Shown here in pieces: positions 40,837 through 50,672 of a stretch of 64,000 nt of DNA. A program made the position numbers and the translations under genes. Position 1 is the first letter of the stretch, and every line of letters begins with the position of its first letter. A model generated the notes under the pieces. It was not told where the DNA came from and did no database searches. It was given only the letters and a program-made list of their open reading frames with translations. The DNA lies in the IMG/VR virus record IMGVR_UViG_3300008459_000031, positions 7,631 to 71,630 of that record, one strand, 5' to 3'. The DNA is from a virus.

Positions 40837-41730
40837 TTAATAGTACCCTCTACCGTATGATCCCCTGTTTAATTCTTCTCTTGTTCCTAAGTTTTCAAAG
40901 AAGTTTGCATGTCTATTTAAGTTAGGGATAAGTCTAACCCATTGATTCATAAACGATTCATACTTATCGATACTTGGGAAGTTAGCTTGATTACGAGCTT
41001 GAGTGCAATAGAATTTCCATTTAGCATCTGCAAAGTCATATCCAATTCCATTCATAGATGGGGTATATCCCCCTAATAGCATTTGTTTGTATATATACCA
41101 GAACATAGCTTCTTTATAGCTAATATCGTCTGGAACCATTGGATAACAATCTTCATCTACTGGAAATGCTGTATAGCTCAAACAAATCTGCCCATCTTGA
41201 AAAGATGTCTTGATATAATCCCCATCTACAGTATAAGTTTCTTTAGCCTTAGCAAATTGATTTACACATTCTTCACAGTGGATATGTGCAGGGAATGTAC
41301 TTGTACCATATTGCAATGGAGTTAGTGGTTGGCTAGAGTTTAAGTATAGATTTTCAAGAACAGCCATTCTTGCATTTAGCTGTCTTAACTCATAATTATA
41401 TCCTATTGCATCATTTGGATTAGCTACAATAAGTGCATTCAGCTCATCTATCTTTTCAGATATAGCTGTGAATTCTGTGGATATCTCAGGAGTTACAGCA
41501 TTATTAATAGCTATCTGATTTATGTAATATAAGTCAGTAGGCATTAATGCTTTAAAGTTAGCTATTGTTAAAACACATCCTTTTGTAAGCAATTGTGGAG
41601 CTGCCCCGATATGTTCTAAAGCTTCCCCAATCCACTCAATTGAATCATCAAGCCAGTTATCTCCAGGAGGTTTTAAGTCCCTCATAACCTTCCTTACGAT
41701 TGCTTTACTAGATATTGTTTTCTGTATCAT
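40837..41730 (-). CDS. tail tubular / ring protein
   Basis: IEWIGEAL, DGDYIKTSF..G.I.LSY.AFPVDE..YPMVPD pattern; immediately upstream of nozzle gene. Confidence 0.7.
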   Translation of the reverse strand: MIQKTISSKAIVRKVMRDLKPPGDNWLDDSIEWIGEALEHIGAAPQLLTKGCVLTIANFKALMPTDLYYINQIAINNAVTPEISTEFTAISEKIDELNALIVANPNDAIGYNYELRQLNARMAVLENLYLNSSQPLTPLQYGTSTFPAHIHCEECVNQFAKAKETYTVDGDYIKTSFQDGQICLSYTAFPVDEDCYPMVPDDISYKEAMFWYIYKQMLLGGYTPSMNGIGYDFADAKWKFYCTQARNQANFPSIDKYESFMNQWVRLIPNLNRHANFFENLGTREELNRGSYGRGYY

Positions 41731-42242
41731 GATCTATACTTAGGTGTTCTTTTCTTAAATTTTAAATAAGCTATATCATCAGATTTCAACAATGCTGTTA
41801 ATTTTTCTTTATTCCCTTTAAGTCCACGAGTTGGATCAAATCTATATGCTGACTTGTTTTTAAGCAAGCATTTATACTTTGCCCAGTGGTATTTACAGTA
41901 ATACTTGTCAGTATAGTAAATCTGCCACTTTTCTCCTTCTCCTGTTAAAGAGTCATAAAGCTTAACACCTTTGTCAATTAGCTCCTTTTTATATCGGTTG
42001 GTCTCAGCCCAATCTACTGATTTGTTTCTTGGGTCTCGATCCACTTTTCTAATTGACAAAGTTCCGAGGTTATTTTGCATATTGAACTCATAACCGTCAA
42101 GTATAGTATCAATAATGCCAAGGTTAAACTCGGAACAAATGTCATAGAAAGTTTTGAAACTTATTTGTTCCTCTGCTTTCTCATTATAATCTTTATGTAT
42201 AGTTCTTAACGTGTGTGATTTGGTTTGCATTCTAATCAACAC
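41727..42242 (-). CDS. HU/IHF-like DNA-binding protein
   Basis: ICSEFNLGIIDTILDGYEFNMQNNLGTLSIRK resembles the HU/IHF core; typical crAss-like position; start may be MQTKSH. Confidence 0.6.
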   Translation of the reverse strand: MLIRMQTKSHTLRTIHKDYNEKAEEQISFKTFYDICSEFNLGIIDTILDGYEFNMQNNLGTLSIRKVDRDPRNKSVDWAETNRYKKELIDKGVKLYDSLTGEGEKWQIYYTDKYYCKYHWAKYKCLLKNKSAYRFDPTRGLKGNKEKLTALLKSDDIAYLKFKKRTPKYRS

Positions 42243-43042
42243 TTTTTACCACCCATCTTTTTCTTACCTGCAGCAGCCATTTCTTGAAAACGTGATTTAC
42301 CGTATTTCTTACGACCTACACTAGCAGCAATAGCTTTAGCAGACTCTTCAGATTTACCTTTGCTTTTTAGTTTCCCAACTAAAGCAGCAAATCTTCCACC
42401 ACCACCTGGCTCCATAGATTTAGCTCCACCCTTTTTCTTTTTACCTAATGCCTCTTCTGCTGCTTTTCTCATATCATAGTCATAGTCAAATGTTACAGGT
42501 CCATAAGACATTGGGTCGTTACTATTAGCAAAAGGATCAGATAGAATTCCTTCTACACCAGATGATACTCTCCAATCATTAATTTTTTCCTTGGTCTTTT
42601 CTTTTACTAAATTTCTTGCTCGTTCTCGATTAGCTTTTTCAGTCACCTGCTGTTTAGTAGAAGGTTTTTTAGCTCTTTCTTTCATATCAGCCCTTACCTC
42701 TGCAGCAGATAGTTTTTTATCTTTATTAGTGTCGGGATTACCTCCTTGCTCATATTTCATCATACCACCTTTTTTCATTTGTGGTGCTCCGAAAGATAGT
42801 TCTTTGTTTTCTTGGATAAAAGATTCACCTTCCATTTTGGCTTCTTTCATCACTTTTTTCTTAGAGGTCTTCTTGCCTCCTTTTTTATACATTGAGTTCA
42901 TGTTTTCTTCTTTTTTAATTTTAGATTCTTGCTTAAGCATATCTTTAGTAGGTTCTTTACCAGATCCTTTATTGGCACGAATATTATCCCAAAGTCCTCT
43001 TTGAGAGTATGACCCATCTTTTCTTTTAATCATTTTCTTCAT
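42236..43042 (-). CDS. very basic modular protein (putative internal virion/DNA-condensing protein)
   Basis: K-rich; GLWDNIRA and GGGGRFAAL..AIAASVGRKKYG modules; multiple KxGG motifs. Confidence 0.55.
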   Translation of the reverse strand: MKKMIKRKDGSYSQRGLWDNIRANKGSGKEPTKDMLKQESKIKKEENMNSMYKKGGKKTSKKKVMKEAKMEGESFIQENKELSFGAPQMKKGGMMKYEQGGNPDTNKDKKLSAAEVRADMKERAKKPSTKQQVTEKANRERARNLVKEKTKEKINDWRVSSGVEGILSDPFANSNDPMSYGPVTFDYDYDMRKAAEEALGKKKKGGAKSMEPGGGGRFAALVGKLKSKGKSEESAKAIAASVGRKKYGKSRFQEMAAAGKKKMGGKKC

Positions 43043-43253
43043 CTTTCGAAGTATTAAGCATTTGACGTTCTTTTCTAGCTTTTAAAGCTCTTTCTATATT
43101 GAACCATATAAGAGTTCCTCCACCTACTATTCCTATAATCCAACTGATACTATTGGTTAACATAGCCCAGGAGAAAGTTCCCCAGATTATATTAAGTCCT
43201 ATCCATTCTCCGTATTCAGTCAATTTCTGTGTATCTAAATTAAAGTTTGTCAT
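43026..43253 (-). CDS. small membrane protein (holin-like)
   Basis: Hydrophobic N-terminal two-thirds and charged C-terminal tail. Confidence 0.45.
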   Translation of the reverse strand: MTNFNLDTQKLTEYGEWIGLNIIWGTFSWAMLTNSISWIIGIVGGGTLIWFNIERALKARKERQMLNTSKDEEND

Positions 43254-43264
43254 TTGATTAAAAG

Positions 43265-43528
43265 TTAAGACCAGTTGCTACAACTGCCACAGTTCCAGAT
43301 TCTTAGTGATTTATTAATTCTTGATTGAGGATCATTAGCAGTCTTTGCAGAAGTAAGACGACGTTTCATTCCACACATTCTAGAGCAGAATGAGTTTCTC
43401 CTTTTACCACCTTTAGGTTGAGGGGCTTTTAGGTTAGAGCCAGGGTTCTCTCTTTCGTAAGATTTTCTACCTTTTTCGTTTAATCCTCCTTTGGGATTTT
43501 TACCTGCTTTATTTTGCCAAGCTGCCAT
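43265..43528 (-). CDS. small basic phage protein (DUF6321-like)
   Basis: GKNPKGGLNEKGR, RRNSFCSRM, SRINKSLRIWNC; ATG at 43528 preferred over GTG at 43534. Confidence 0.65.
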   Translation of the reverse strand: MAAWQNKAGKNPKGGLNEKGRKSYERENPGSNLKAPQPKGGKRRNSFCSRMCGMKRRLTSAKTANDPQSRINKSLRIWNCGSCSNWS

Positions 43529-43533
43529 AGTCA

Positions 43534-43541
43534 CAAAGTTA
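43534..43541 (-). promoter_or_regulatory. -7 promoter box TAACTTTG
   Basis: TAnnTTTG 5 nt upstream of the ATG at 43528. Confidence 0.55.
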
Positions 43542-43546
43542 TAAAA

Positions 43547-44260
43547 TTATTCTGGTTGTACGTTAGGATTTTGTTGAATTTGTGGAGCATTAGGTGTTAA
43601 ATCTTGCATACGGTCCGTAGACGTGTCTGCAAATGTTCCAGCTAATAGTCTTAATTCTCCAGCCATCATACCTTGTGTAATAGCTTGAACCATATCCATA
43701 GGCATAGGAAAGTCGGTATTGTCTGTATAACAAGCATTACCGTTACAATCAGTAAAATTAGAAACGTCCTCAGGATTTTCAAAAATACCTCTGAGATTAA
43801 CATACTTAGCTCCTTTAGGGTTTAAGATATAAAGATAATCCTCAATCATATAAGCTTTAGGATTATTTTTAGTGTGCTTGTCATATCCAATATAAGCTAC
43901 TTCATAAGGCTTAATCATCTGATATCTTCCAATACCTGTTACATCCCCTACATATGTAATAGCTTCTTCAAAGTTAAATCTTACAGTTCTTGGAATTTTA
44001 TTTACACTACGATATGCAGGACATTCTATATCTATGTTACAACATTTTGATAAATCAACTTGCTTAAGTTCTACACATCTTAAATCTTGTTCTAAATGTC
44101 TAGTAACCAATCCATTACGTGCATAGTCACGACGTATGAATACAGCACGATAGTGCTTAATATTAAATTTTATTTGGTCGATAGATATATTCTCATCTTG
44201 AGAACTTCTACCACCTCTAAAAGAGTTAAGCAGGTTGTATGCAATTTCGTCTAAAGTCAT
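43547..44260 (-). CDS. tail ring / structural protein
   Basis: MTLDEIAYNL, YLYI, RGIFENPEDV, DFPMP pattern resembling crAss-like ring proteins. Confidence 0.6.
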   Translation of the reverse strand: MTLDEIAYNLLNSFRGGRSSQDENISIDQIKFNIKHYRAVFIRRDYARNGLVTRHLEQDLRCVELKQVDLSKCCNIDIECPAYRSVNKIPRTVRFNFEEAITYVGDVTGIGRYQMIKPYEVAYIGYDKHTKNNPKAYMIEDYLYILNPKGAKYVNLRGIFENPEDVSNFTDCNGNACYTDNTDFPMPMDMVQAITQGMMAGELRLLAGTFADTSTDRMQDLTPNAPQIQQNPNVQPE

Positions 44261-44262
44261 CT

Positions 44263-45441
44263 TTATTTAACGTTACTTTGTAAATATCCATCTAATCCTT
44301 CGTCGTAGTTATAAATAAATCCTTGTGCTGATCTTAGAGATTCGTATCCCATCATTTTATGCCAATCATCTGATGCACATATTGATGGTACTACTCTCAC
44401 TTTTACTCCCCTAAATTCATTTACTTGTTCTTTATGAAAATGCCCAACATGAGCTTCTCTATAAGAACATCTAGCAAACATTTCAGGCTGTTCTGTAGCC
44501 ATTATTAGTGGTAGGTCTGCAAACTTTTCTTTATCTCCATGAGTATATAAAATCATATTTTTACCATACTCAAAATACTTACGTGAGGCAGGAGTATTAT
44601 CAACAGTTACGTTATCATCATTTCTGTACCACCCAGCTAAAACATCTCCTGCATAAAACATTCTCTCGAAATCGTGGTTTCCTGGTACAACAATAATTTG
44701 GACTGGAGCATACTGCTTTAAATAATCGACAGCTTTTACAATTAGTTGCCAATATCCTCTAAAGGTTGATCTCCAGTGAAGTACATCTTGCTGTGGAGTT
44801 CCTTTAGTTGTAGCCATTCTCATACCTTCAGAATTCATTCCATCATTACCGATAGGAAGTACAATCTTTTGTATGTTTAATCCTGTGGCTTTATCCATTA
44901 AATCTTGGATAGTATCTAAAAATTGATTCTCCATTGCTTCTACAGAAAGTTCTGTTAACTTGCCGTAATGGATATCTGGAAGAGATATTTCGTAAGCAAT
45001 ATGCCCATGTTTTGGTTTAGTGCTATTATGATAAGCATGTATACCTATGTACTGTGTTGGACTGTATGTTGCTGCAAACTCTTCAATCTCTTTCTTTATA
45101 TCTTCAGAGTTTCTATCATTTTTAGTTACTACTGAGAACCTTTGTTCCCCTTTCATATTCTGCCAGTATTTGACAGAATTAATATTTGCTGGGTCTATCC
45201 CATTGTTTTTGATATACTCTTCAAATTCTGTAATTGTATTAGAGTTATCATTTGATAATTCAATCTTAATTAACTTATCTGCAGTGATATTACTAACTTT
45301 ATTAAGAGTAATCTTCACTGCTCTTATAGCTGCTACAGCTGTTTGTAATGAAACGTTAAACTTTTTCGATACTCTAGCAGGCCCAGCTTTTAAGTAGCCA
45401 GGCTTGCTTTCAAGTATCGATATTAGTTTTTGAAGTTTCAT
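44263..45441 (-). CDS. calcineurin-like metallophosphoesterase with N-terminal HTH-like region
   Basis: DIHYG, GND, GNHD, HGD, GHFH metal-binding motifs. Confidence 0.85.
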   Translation of the reverse strand: MKLQKLISILESKPGYLKAGPARVSKKFNVSLQTAVAAIRAVKITLNKVSNITADKLIKIELSNDNSNTITEFEEYIKNNGIDPANINSVKYWQNMKGEQRFSVVTKNDRNSEDIKKEIEEFAATYSPTQYIGIHAYHNSTKPKHGHIAYEISLPDIHYGKLTELSVEAMENQFLDTIQDLMDKATGLNIQKIVLPIGNDGMNSEGMRMATTKGTPQQDVLHWRSTFRGYWQLIVKAVDYLKQYAPVQIIVVPGNHDFERMFYAGDVLAGWYRNDDNVTVDNTPASRKYFEYGKNMILYTHGDKEKFADLPLIMATEQPEMFARCSYREAHVGHFHKEQVNEFRGVKVRVVPSICASDDWHKMMGYESLRSAQGFIYNYDEGLDGYLQSNVK

Positions 45442-45881
45442 TATTCTGAAATCCAGATATTAGCTATTACTCTTACCTTTTGAATATTTTTAACAATAGC
45501 TCCTAAAGAGTCATGAGTATACTCAGAATCTATTTTTATATCAATTACTTCAGCTAACACTGTAGCTAACGAAGTTGAAAAAGCCGCATCTATGTCACCT
45601 AGAATTGTACCTAATTGTGATGGAAGATTATCATTCAAAATAGCAGATGAGTAAAAAGTTACACCTCTAGTTCCAGGAGCATCTATTCCTATTTCTATAA
45701 CCATTTGATCATATACTACAGGAATACTAGCTCCAAATTCTGAAGGTTTTTTAAAACTTCTAAAATCCCCAGCTGCAGGTTTTCCGTAGTTACTGCCATT
45801 ATCTACCCAAAAAGGAATAATAGGAGTTGCTGTATTAGATACGATATTGCTGAGCAATATTTCTTCGTTAGTTTGTGCCAT
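45441..45881 (-). CDS. hypothetical protein
   Basis: TAATG coupling to the next gene. Confidence 0.55.
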   Translation of the reverse strand: MAQTNEEILLSNIVSNTATPIIPFWVDNGSNYGKPAAGDFRSFKKPSEFGASIPVVYDQMVIEIGIDAPGTRGVTFYSSAILNDNLPSQLGTILGDIDAAFSTSLATVLAEVIDIKIDSEYTHDSLGAIVKNIQKVRVIANIWISE

Positions 45882-45886
45882 TTTAT

Positions 45887-46315
45887 CTAGTTTATTAATT
45901 TTATTATAGTTTCTATTTGAGTAGCAGAAAGAGATTCTGGCAAAATCTTTTCATTAATCATTTTAAGTTCAAGAGTAGCCTCTTTATCTAACTCTGCATT
46001 TACAGCAGCTAGTTGTTCTTTTCTTTTCTCTACTACTTCTTTGTTCTGTTCTTCAAAAGCTTTTAATCCAGCTTCGTCTTCTGCATCAATAAACTTTTTA
46101 GCTTCAATAGCTACTTGCACAAATTCTTCTGACGGCTTAGCTAATTCTTCTAAAGCATCTAAATGTGTTTTAATAACTTCACAATTTTTAAGTACTATTA
46201 AAGCATATTTTACTCCCTTCTCTCCACGAGTTTCATGTAACACTTGATACATGTTTAGAAACTCTCTGTTAGTTGCAGTAATCATTACTCCGTACTTTTC
46301 TGTTTGGTTTTGCAT
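45887..46315 (-). CDS. hypothetical helical protein (possible tail fibre chaperone)
   Basis: Acidic helical ORF directly after the fibre gene. Confidence 0.45.
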   Translation of the reverse strand: MQNQTEKYGVMITATNREFLNMYQVLHETRGEKGVKYALIVLKNCEVIKTHLDALEELAKPSEEFVQVAIEAKKFIDAEDEAGLKAFEEQNKEVVEKRKEQLAAVNAELDKEATLELKMINEKILPESLSATQIETIIKLIN

Positions 46316-46333
46316 ATATATTTATTTTTGGTT

Positions 46334-47512
46334 TTACTCTCCACTTGCATACACTCGAATCCAAGCATCAACTCCGTTGATTTGAATTCTAATAGCTCCA
46401 GTTTTACTTGAAGCTGACGCAGTTGAACTTGATACAGAATTTGCAGATGCAGCTCCTGAAGTTCCTACAAAGTTGATTAATGGTCCTGCTGTTCCAGTTG
46501 CATTAACTACTGTTTTACCACCTGTTCCTGAACCACTAGTTCCTGGACCAAGTACTACGTCACCTCCAGTTCCAGAACCTGCAGCATCACCACCTGCAAC
46601 AGTAGTAGTACCACCATTACCTGTTCCTGAAGCTCCACCACCTTCAATTGACATTGCTCCACCATTAACATTAGATACAGAAGCAGTCGATGCTGCTACA
46701 CCCAATGAACCCGGAGTAGAAGATGTTGTTAATTCTATTCTCTGAGCTAATGCTCCATTTAAAGCTATACTTTGATTTACGTTAAAGTCATATGTATAGA
46801 ATGCTGTTGGGGTAGAGCTACCTGCAAACACTCTACCTGCAGAGTTAATTGCAATGCCTTCATTGTTACCATCACCACTTAACCATGCAAATCCATAAAC
46901 GTTATAAGAACTTGCATTTAAGTTTGCAGCTAGTGTAGATAAGCTAGCAGCAATTGTAATAGAACCAGAACCATTCGTAATAGTTACGTTAGCACCAGCT
47001 GTTAGACTAGCAAGAGCAGGAGATAATCCAGTTCTTCCTATAACTAATTGCCCATTAGTGGCAGCACCTAAAGCAGTAAATGCAGAAGTACCATTCCCTA
47101 ATAAAAGAGAATTAGCTGTTAAACTCGTAGCCCCTGTACCTCCATTAGCAACAGGGAGTGTTCCTGTAACATCAGAGGCTAAAGCTACTGATGATAAGAA
47201 TGCCGAAGTTGAATTATCACAATTAGATAAATCTATTAGAGACTCATTTACTTGTAAAGTAATATTATTACTAGCTGTGGCAACTGTCAATAAAGAGTTT
47301 AATGATTTAATCCCTTTAAAGTTTAAAGTGTTCTTATTAGTCACACTTACAAATAATGCTTCACTCGATGTCCCAAGTGTAGTCATAGCTGGGAAAAAAT
47401 CTGATGCTAAAAACTTATAGTTAGTAGGTACAGATGAATTTGCAATTAACAAGTAATCATTTGCTGATACACTGGTTTTTGCTAAAGTTGATAATGAAGT
47501 AATAGTTGCCAT
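46334..47512 (-). CDS. tail fibre/spike-like protein
   Basis: VTGTLPVANGGTGA fibre motif; Gly/Ser/Thr-rich quasi-repeats GGxxxIxGG in C-terminal part. Confidence 0.7.
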   Translation of the reverse strand: MATITSLSTLAKTSVSANDYLLIANSSVPTNYKFLASDFFPAMTTLGTSSEALFVSVTNKNTLNFKGIKSLNSLLTVATASNNITLQVNESLIDLSNCDNSTSAFLSSVALASDVTGTLPVANGGTGATSLTANSLLLGNGTSAFTALGAATNGQLVIGRTGLSPALASLTAGANVTITNGSGSITIAASLSTLAANLNASSYNVYGFAWLSGDGNNEGIAINSAGRVFAGSSTPTAFYTYDFNVNQSIALNGALAQRIELTTSSTPGSLGVAASTASVSNVNGGAMSIEGGGASGTGNGGTTTVAGGDAAGSGTGGDVVLGPGTSGSGTGGKTVVNATGTAGPLINFVGTSGAASANSVSSSTASASSKTGAIRIQINGVDAWIRVYASGE

Positions 47513-47947
47513 TTATTGTAAGTTTATGTGTCCCCCTGATTCTAAAGTAATTTCTGTTGTACCATTCTCTGCATATAAATAATATGTAGCTGCTGGAGGA
47601 ACAACAGCGGCAGGAGGATCTGATACAATGCAATCTTTGCAGAATCTTAAGGCATGATCTACAAAGACATTTAAGTAAGTCGTAGTATCTGTTGGAGTAG
47701 TCGTAGTACCATATATTACTCCAGGCATAGGTTGTCCTGAGAATATACAATCTAACGAAGCTCTATTATCGTATTTATTTAGTAAATAGATTATTAAATC
47801 TAATTTAGATAGCTCTAGATTAGAGCATTTAACACCTCCTGATATTTTATTATAGTAGGAAGTGCCCTTAGATGCCATACAAGCTTGTAGATCTGATACC
47901 AGTTCTGCAAAGTCTTGACCATTTATTGTACTTGGAACGTAACCCAT
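47513..47947 (-). CDS. putative tail hub/fibre-attachment protein
   Basis: Cys-containing; C-terminal YLYAENG..ITLESGGHINLQ fibre-type motif. Confidence 0.5.
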   Translation of the reverse strand: MGYVPSTINGQDFAELVSDLQACMASKGTSYYNKISGGVKCSNLELSKLDLIIYLLNKYDNRASLDCIFSGQPMPGVIYGTTTTPTDTTTYLNVFVDHALRFCKDCIVSDPPAAVVPPAATYYLYAENGTTEITLESGGHINLQ

Positions 47948-48421
47948 TTAGCATCCACATGCACATGAAGCTGTGCAAAATTCTTTAGCTTTGTTATACT
48001 TATTTATAGCATCAGTGAGGTTGAGCTCAACAGCACTGTAGATAGCAGATTGAGAAAGTAATCTAACCTTCTCAGCTGTACGTAAATCCTCATCACATTT
48101 ATCACATTCACAAGTACAGTTAATAGCAGAAGTGACTAGTCCAGCAATACAACAATCTAATTCACAAGTTCCAACAGCATATTTCTCTATATCCCCGTCT
48201 GGATATGATATAGTGATAACACCATTAAATGTTTCCCCAGCTGTAGTAGAAGATAAGGTCCATGTCCCACTTCCTCCTACATTTGTGACAGTAGCAGTTA
48301 CTTCTGTCTCTGTCATATTGTTGTAATAAGTTGCATCAATATTTCCAGTTAATCCTGAAAATGTTGTTGATATAGATTTACAATCTGGTGAGATTGTTAT
48401 TGTTCCTATTGATACTGGCAT
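47948..48421 (-). CDS. Cys-rich structural protein (putative tail hub)
   Basis: CELDCC, CTCECDKC and C-terminal CTASCACGC. Confidence 0.55.
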   Translation of the reverse strand: MPVSIGTITISPDCKSISTTFSGLTGNIDATYYNNMTETEVTATVTNVGGSGTWTLSSTTAGETFNGVITISYPDGDIEKYAVGTCELDCCIAGLVTSAINCTCECDKCDEDLRTAEKVRLLSQSAIYSAVELNLTDAINKYNKAKEFCTASCACGC

Positions 48422-48449
48422 GTCTACTTAATTGATTGTAAAGATATTA

Positions 48450-48479
48450 AAAAGTAGGGGATTTGACTCCCCTACTTTT
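48450..48479 (-). terminator. intrinsic terminator
   Basis: Perfect 12-bp stem AAAAGTAGGGGA-tttgac-TCCCCTACTTTT downstream of the 48495..49505 gene. Confidence 0.85.
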
Positions 48480-48494
48480 AAAATTAATTTAAGA

Positions 48495-49505
48495 TTAGAA
48501 CAATCTTTCAGTGTTAGTACTTCCCCAGTTAACTGCATCTGCTCCAAGGAATACTGTATCAGCAACTGTGCTACCAGCAGCAGTATCTACAAAGTAGATT
48601 TTAACAGTATTTAATTCTGCAGCACGAGCAATACCAGTATCAGCAGCGTGAGAGTGAGCATACTGAATCTCAACAACATCGTAAGCTGTTCCACTAACTG
48701 CAAACTCAGGGAATGCAAATGGGAAATACATACGGTTGAAGTTGCCATAACGAGAACGTTGAGATTTCTCATCAGACAAAGCTTGCCAGTAGTTACCGCA
48801 ACCTGCGTCAAATCCGGTAGTAGAAGTAGTAATCACACTAGCATCAGTAGAAGAGTTGAAAGCAACTACATCAAATACAACTCCAGCATGACGAGCTACT
48901 ATAGTAACAACTCCAGCTCCGTTATCAGATACTGTGAATAGCTTGCTTAGAGCAGTGCTATTTGTAATAGCACTAGTTACAGCAATACCACAGTTAGCAG
49001 CAGATGTACCAGCAGCAATTTCTACAACTTGTAGGATATTACGACCAGCTGAGAAATTTCCTAAGATTGGGAACTCATAACCAGCTCCAGATAAATCTAC
49101 TGCTGCATTATTGGTGTAGTTAGCATAAGCAGTAGGTGCAGTACGAAGTGCAATTTTTACTAAGTAAGAATTACCAGTTGGTACAGCAGCTGAAAAAGTA
49201 GCAGCCACAGTATGACGTTGTGAAGCAACATACTGAGTATACTTAATTCTTTTGATATCTTTTACATCAATGATAGGAGATGCAATAGGATTACCAGAAG
49301 GCATAGCCTGTACAAGCTGAATTCTTTTTAAGCTTGCGATATCAACTGGAGATGCAATATCGATAAATGCAGGAGTAGCTGCATCTAGATTCCATACTCC
49401 AATTTTAGATGCAGATGCGGCAGCAGTTGTGTTAAATGCTTGAGCATCGTCTAGTAATGTAGCATTGTTAGCTACAAATACTTGGTTTAGGTTTTGAGGT
49501 GCCAT
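48495..49505 (-). CDS. abundant structural protein (auxiliary capsid/decoration-like)
   Basis: Ala/Thr-rich; followed by a strong terminator; three genes downstream of the MCP. Confidence 0.6.
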   Translation of the reverse strand: MAPQNLNQVFVANNATLLDDAQAFNTTAAASASKIGVWNLDAATPAFIDIASPVDIASLKRIQLVQAMPSGNPIASPIIDVKDIKRIKYTQYVASQRHTVAATFSAAVPTGNSYLVKIALRTAPTAYANYTNNAAVDLSGAGYEFPILGNFSAGRNILQVVEIAAGTSAANCGIAVTSAITNSTALSKLFTVSDNGAGVVTIVARHAGVVFDVVAFNSSTDASVITTSTTGFDAGCGNYWQALSDEKSQRSRYGNFNRMYFPFAFPEFAVSGTAYDVVEIQYAHSHAADTGIARAAELNTVKIYFVDTAAGSTVADTVFLGADAVNWGSTNTERLF

Positions 49506-49542
49506 TTTAATTTAAGTTTTAGGCAGTTAAACATTTATTTAA

Positions 49543-50661
49543 TTATTCACTCTCGAATGTTTCCATTGTTTGAGTTTGATACCTAGGGTCTTGTATTCCC
49601 TCAAGTATGCTTTTTATAGTCATCTCTACAATTTCTGTATGAGTGTGTTCTGGAAGTTCACACCCAATACCATTAATTATTGAGATGCTATCAGGTCTAC
49701 GAATATACTTAATAGTAACTTCGGGGACCACAAATTCATCGTCTGTGTGTATGTCAACATAATTCTCTTCTATCGTGTATAGAGGAGTTTTATAATCAGT
49801 TCTATTAAATGGATCATCAAGCATAATGATGATGTCATCGTGTTGTGCAAATTTACATAAACTTATTCTTTCTGTAGCATTTGCATCTCGAACATTTTTG
49901 ATAATAGTTTTGATATAATCATGTTCAACATACTGAGCTGTAGACATTCCATTATTAATCCAAATAGCTCTTATATAGCTATTAGAAGTACTTGGACTCC
50001 AGCTTGTACTGCTTAGATATAAGTGATTGCTATTCAATACTGGACTAATATGCACTGTATTTCCTAAAGAAGCTTGATTAGGGAATGATGTTGATGGGGC
50101 TATACCAAAATTATAATTATTATTATCTAGTAAAGATTCTGTGGTAATCTCTTCCCCTAGTGGAGAATTAGTTATTAATTCCCAAACAGAACCAGCTGCA
50201 TCCCATCTTTCTATTCCTGTAAGAACATATCCTTCTGCAGGAGGAGTTAATTCCAATCTAACCATGCTATATGTGATTGGTGTTAACGTTATCCCAGTTA
50301 GTGGAGTATTGCATGCATATTTAACTTTTCCTCTAACTGATACTAAAAATAAGTAATCTAGTGGAAATGTATATCTATCTACACTAATATCAGAATAGTT
50401 AGATGTAAACTCTACTCCTTCAAAATTTGTATATCCTGTATGCTCTACTACAAGAGTTCTTAAATCATCAATACGTTTCTGTGACTGTTCGAAGCCTCTA
50501 CCATATCTATTAGACATAGCACTATATCTCTGCTTTATAAATCTCAGCATAGATAAGTTTAACTCATGATCTATCTCTTGAGGTAAAAGGTTATCAACCT
50601 GAAAGGATGCAATTTTTTGCACCCCCAGGTTGACAGCTATATGCATTTCGTTAACAGTCAT
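49543..50661 (-). CDS. head-tail adaptor / ring protein
   Basis: PQEIDHELN, GFEQSQKRIDDLRTLV, YIRRP, CELPEHTHTEIV motifs. Confidence 0.7.
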   Translation of the reverse strand: MTVNEMHIAVNLGVQKIASFQVDNLLPQEIDHELNLSMLRFIKQRYSAMSNRYGRGFEQSQKRIDDLRTLVVEHTGYTNFEGVEFTSNYSDISVDRYTFPLDYLFLVSVRGKVKYACNTPLTGITLTPITYSMVRLELTPPAEGYVLTGIERWDAAGSVWELITNSPLGEEITTESLLDNNNYNFGIAPSTSFPNQASLGNTVHISPVLNSNHLYLSSTSWSPSTSNSYIRAIWINNGMSTAQYVEHDYIKTIIKNVRDANATERISLCKFAQHDDIIIMLDDPFNRTDYKTPLYTIEENYVDIHTDDEFVVPEVTIKYIRRPDSISIINGIGCELPEHTHTEIVEMTIKSILEGIQDPRYQTQTMETFESE

Positions 50662-50672
50662 TAACAGTTAGT

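Noticed and set aside
46480-46680. GC-richer repetitive stretch with an open antisense ORF (46473..46745)
   Set aside because: A by-product of Gly/Thr/Ser fibre repeats on the minus strand.
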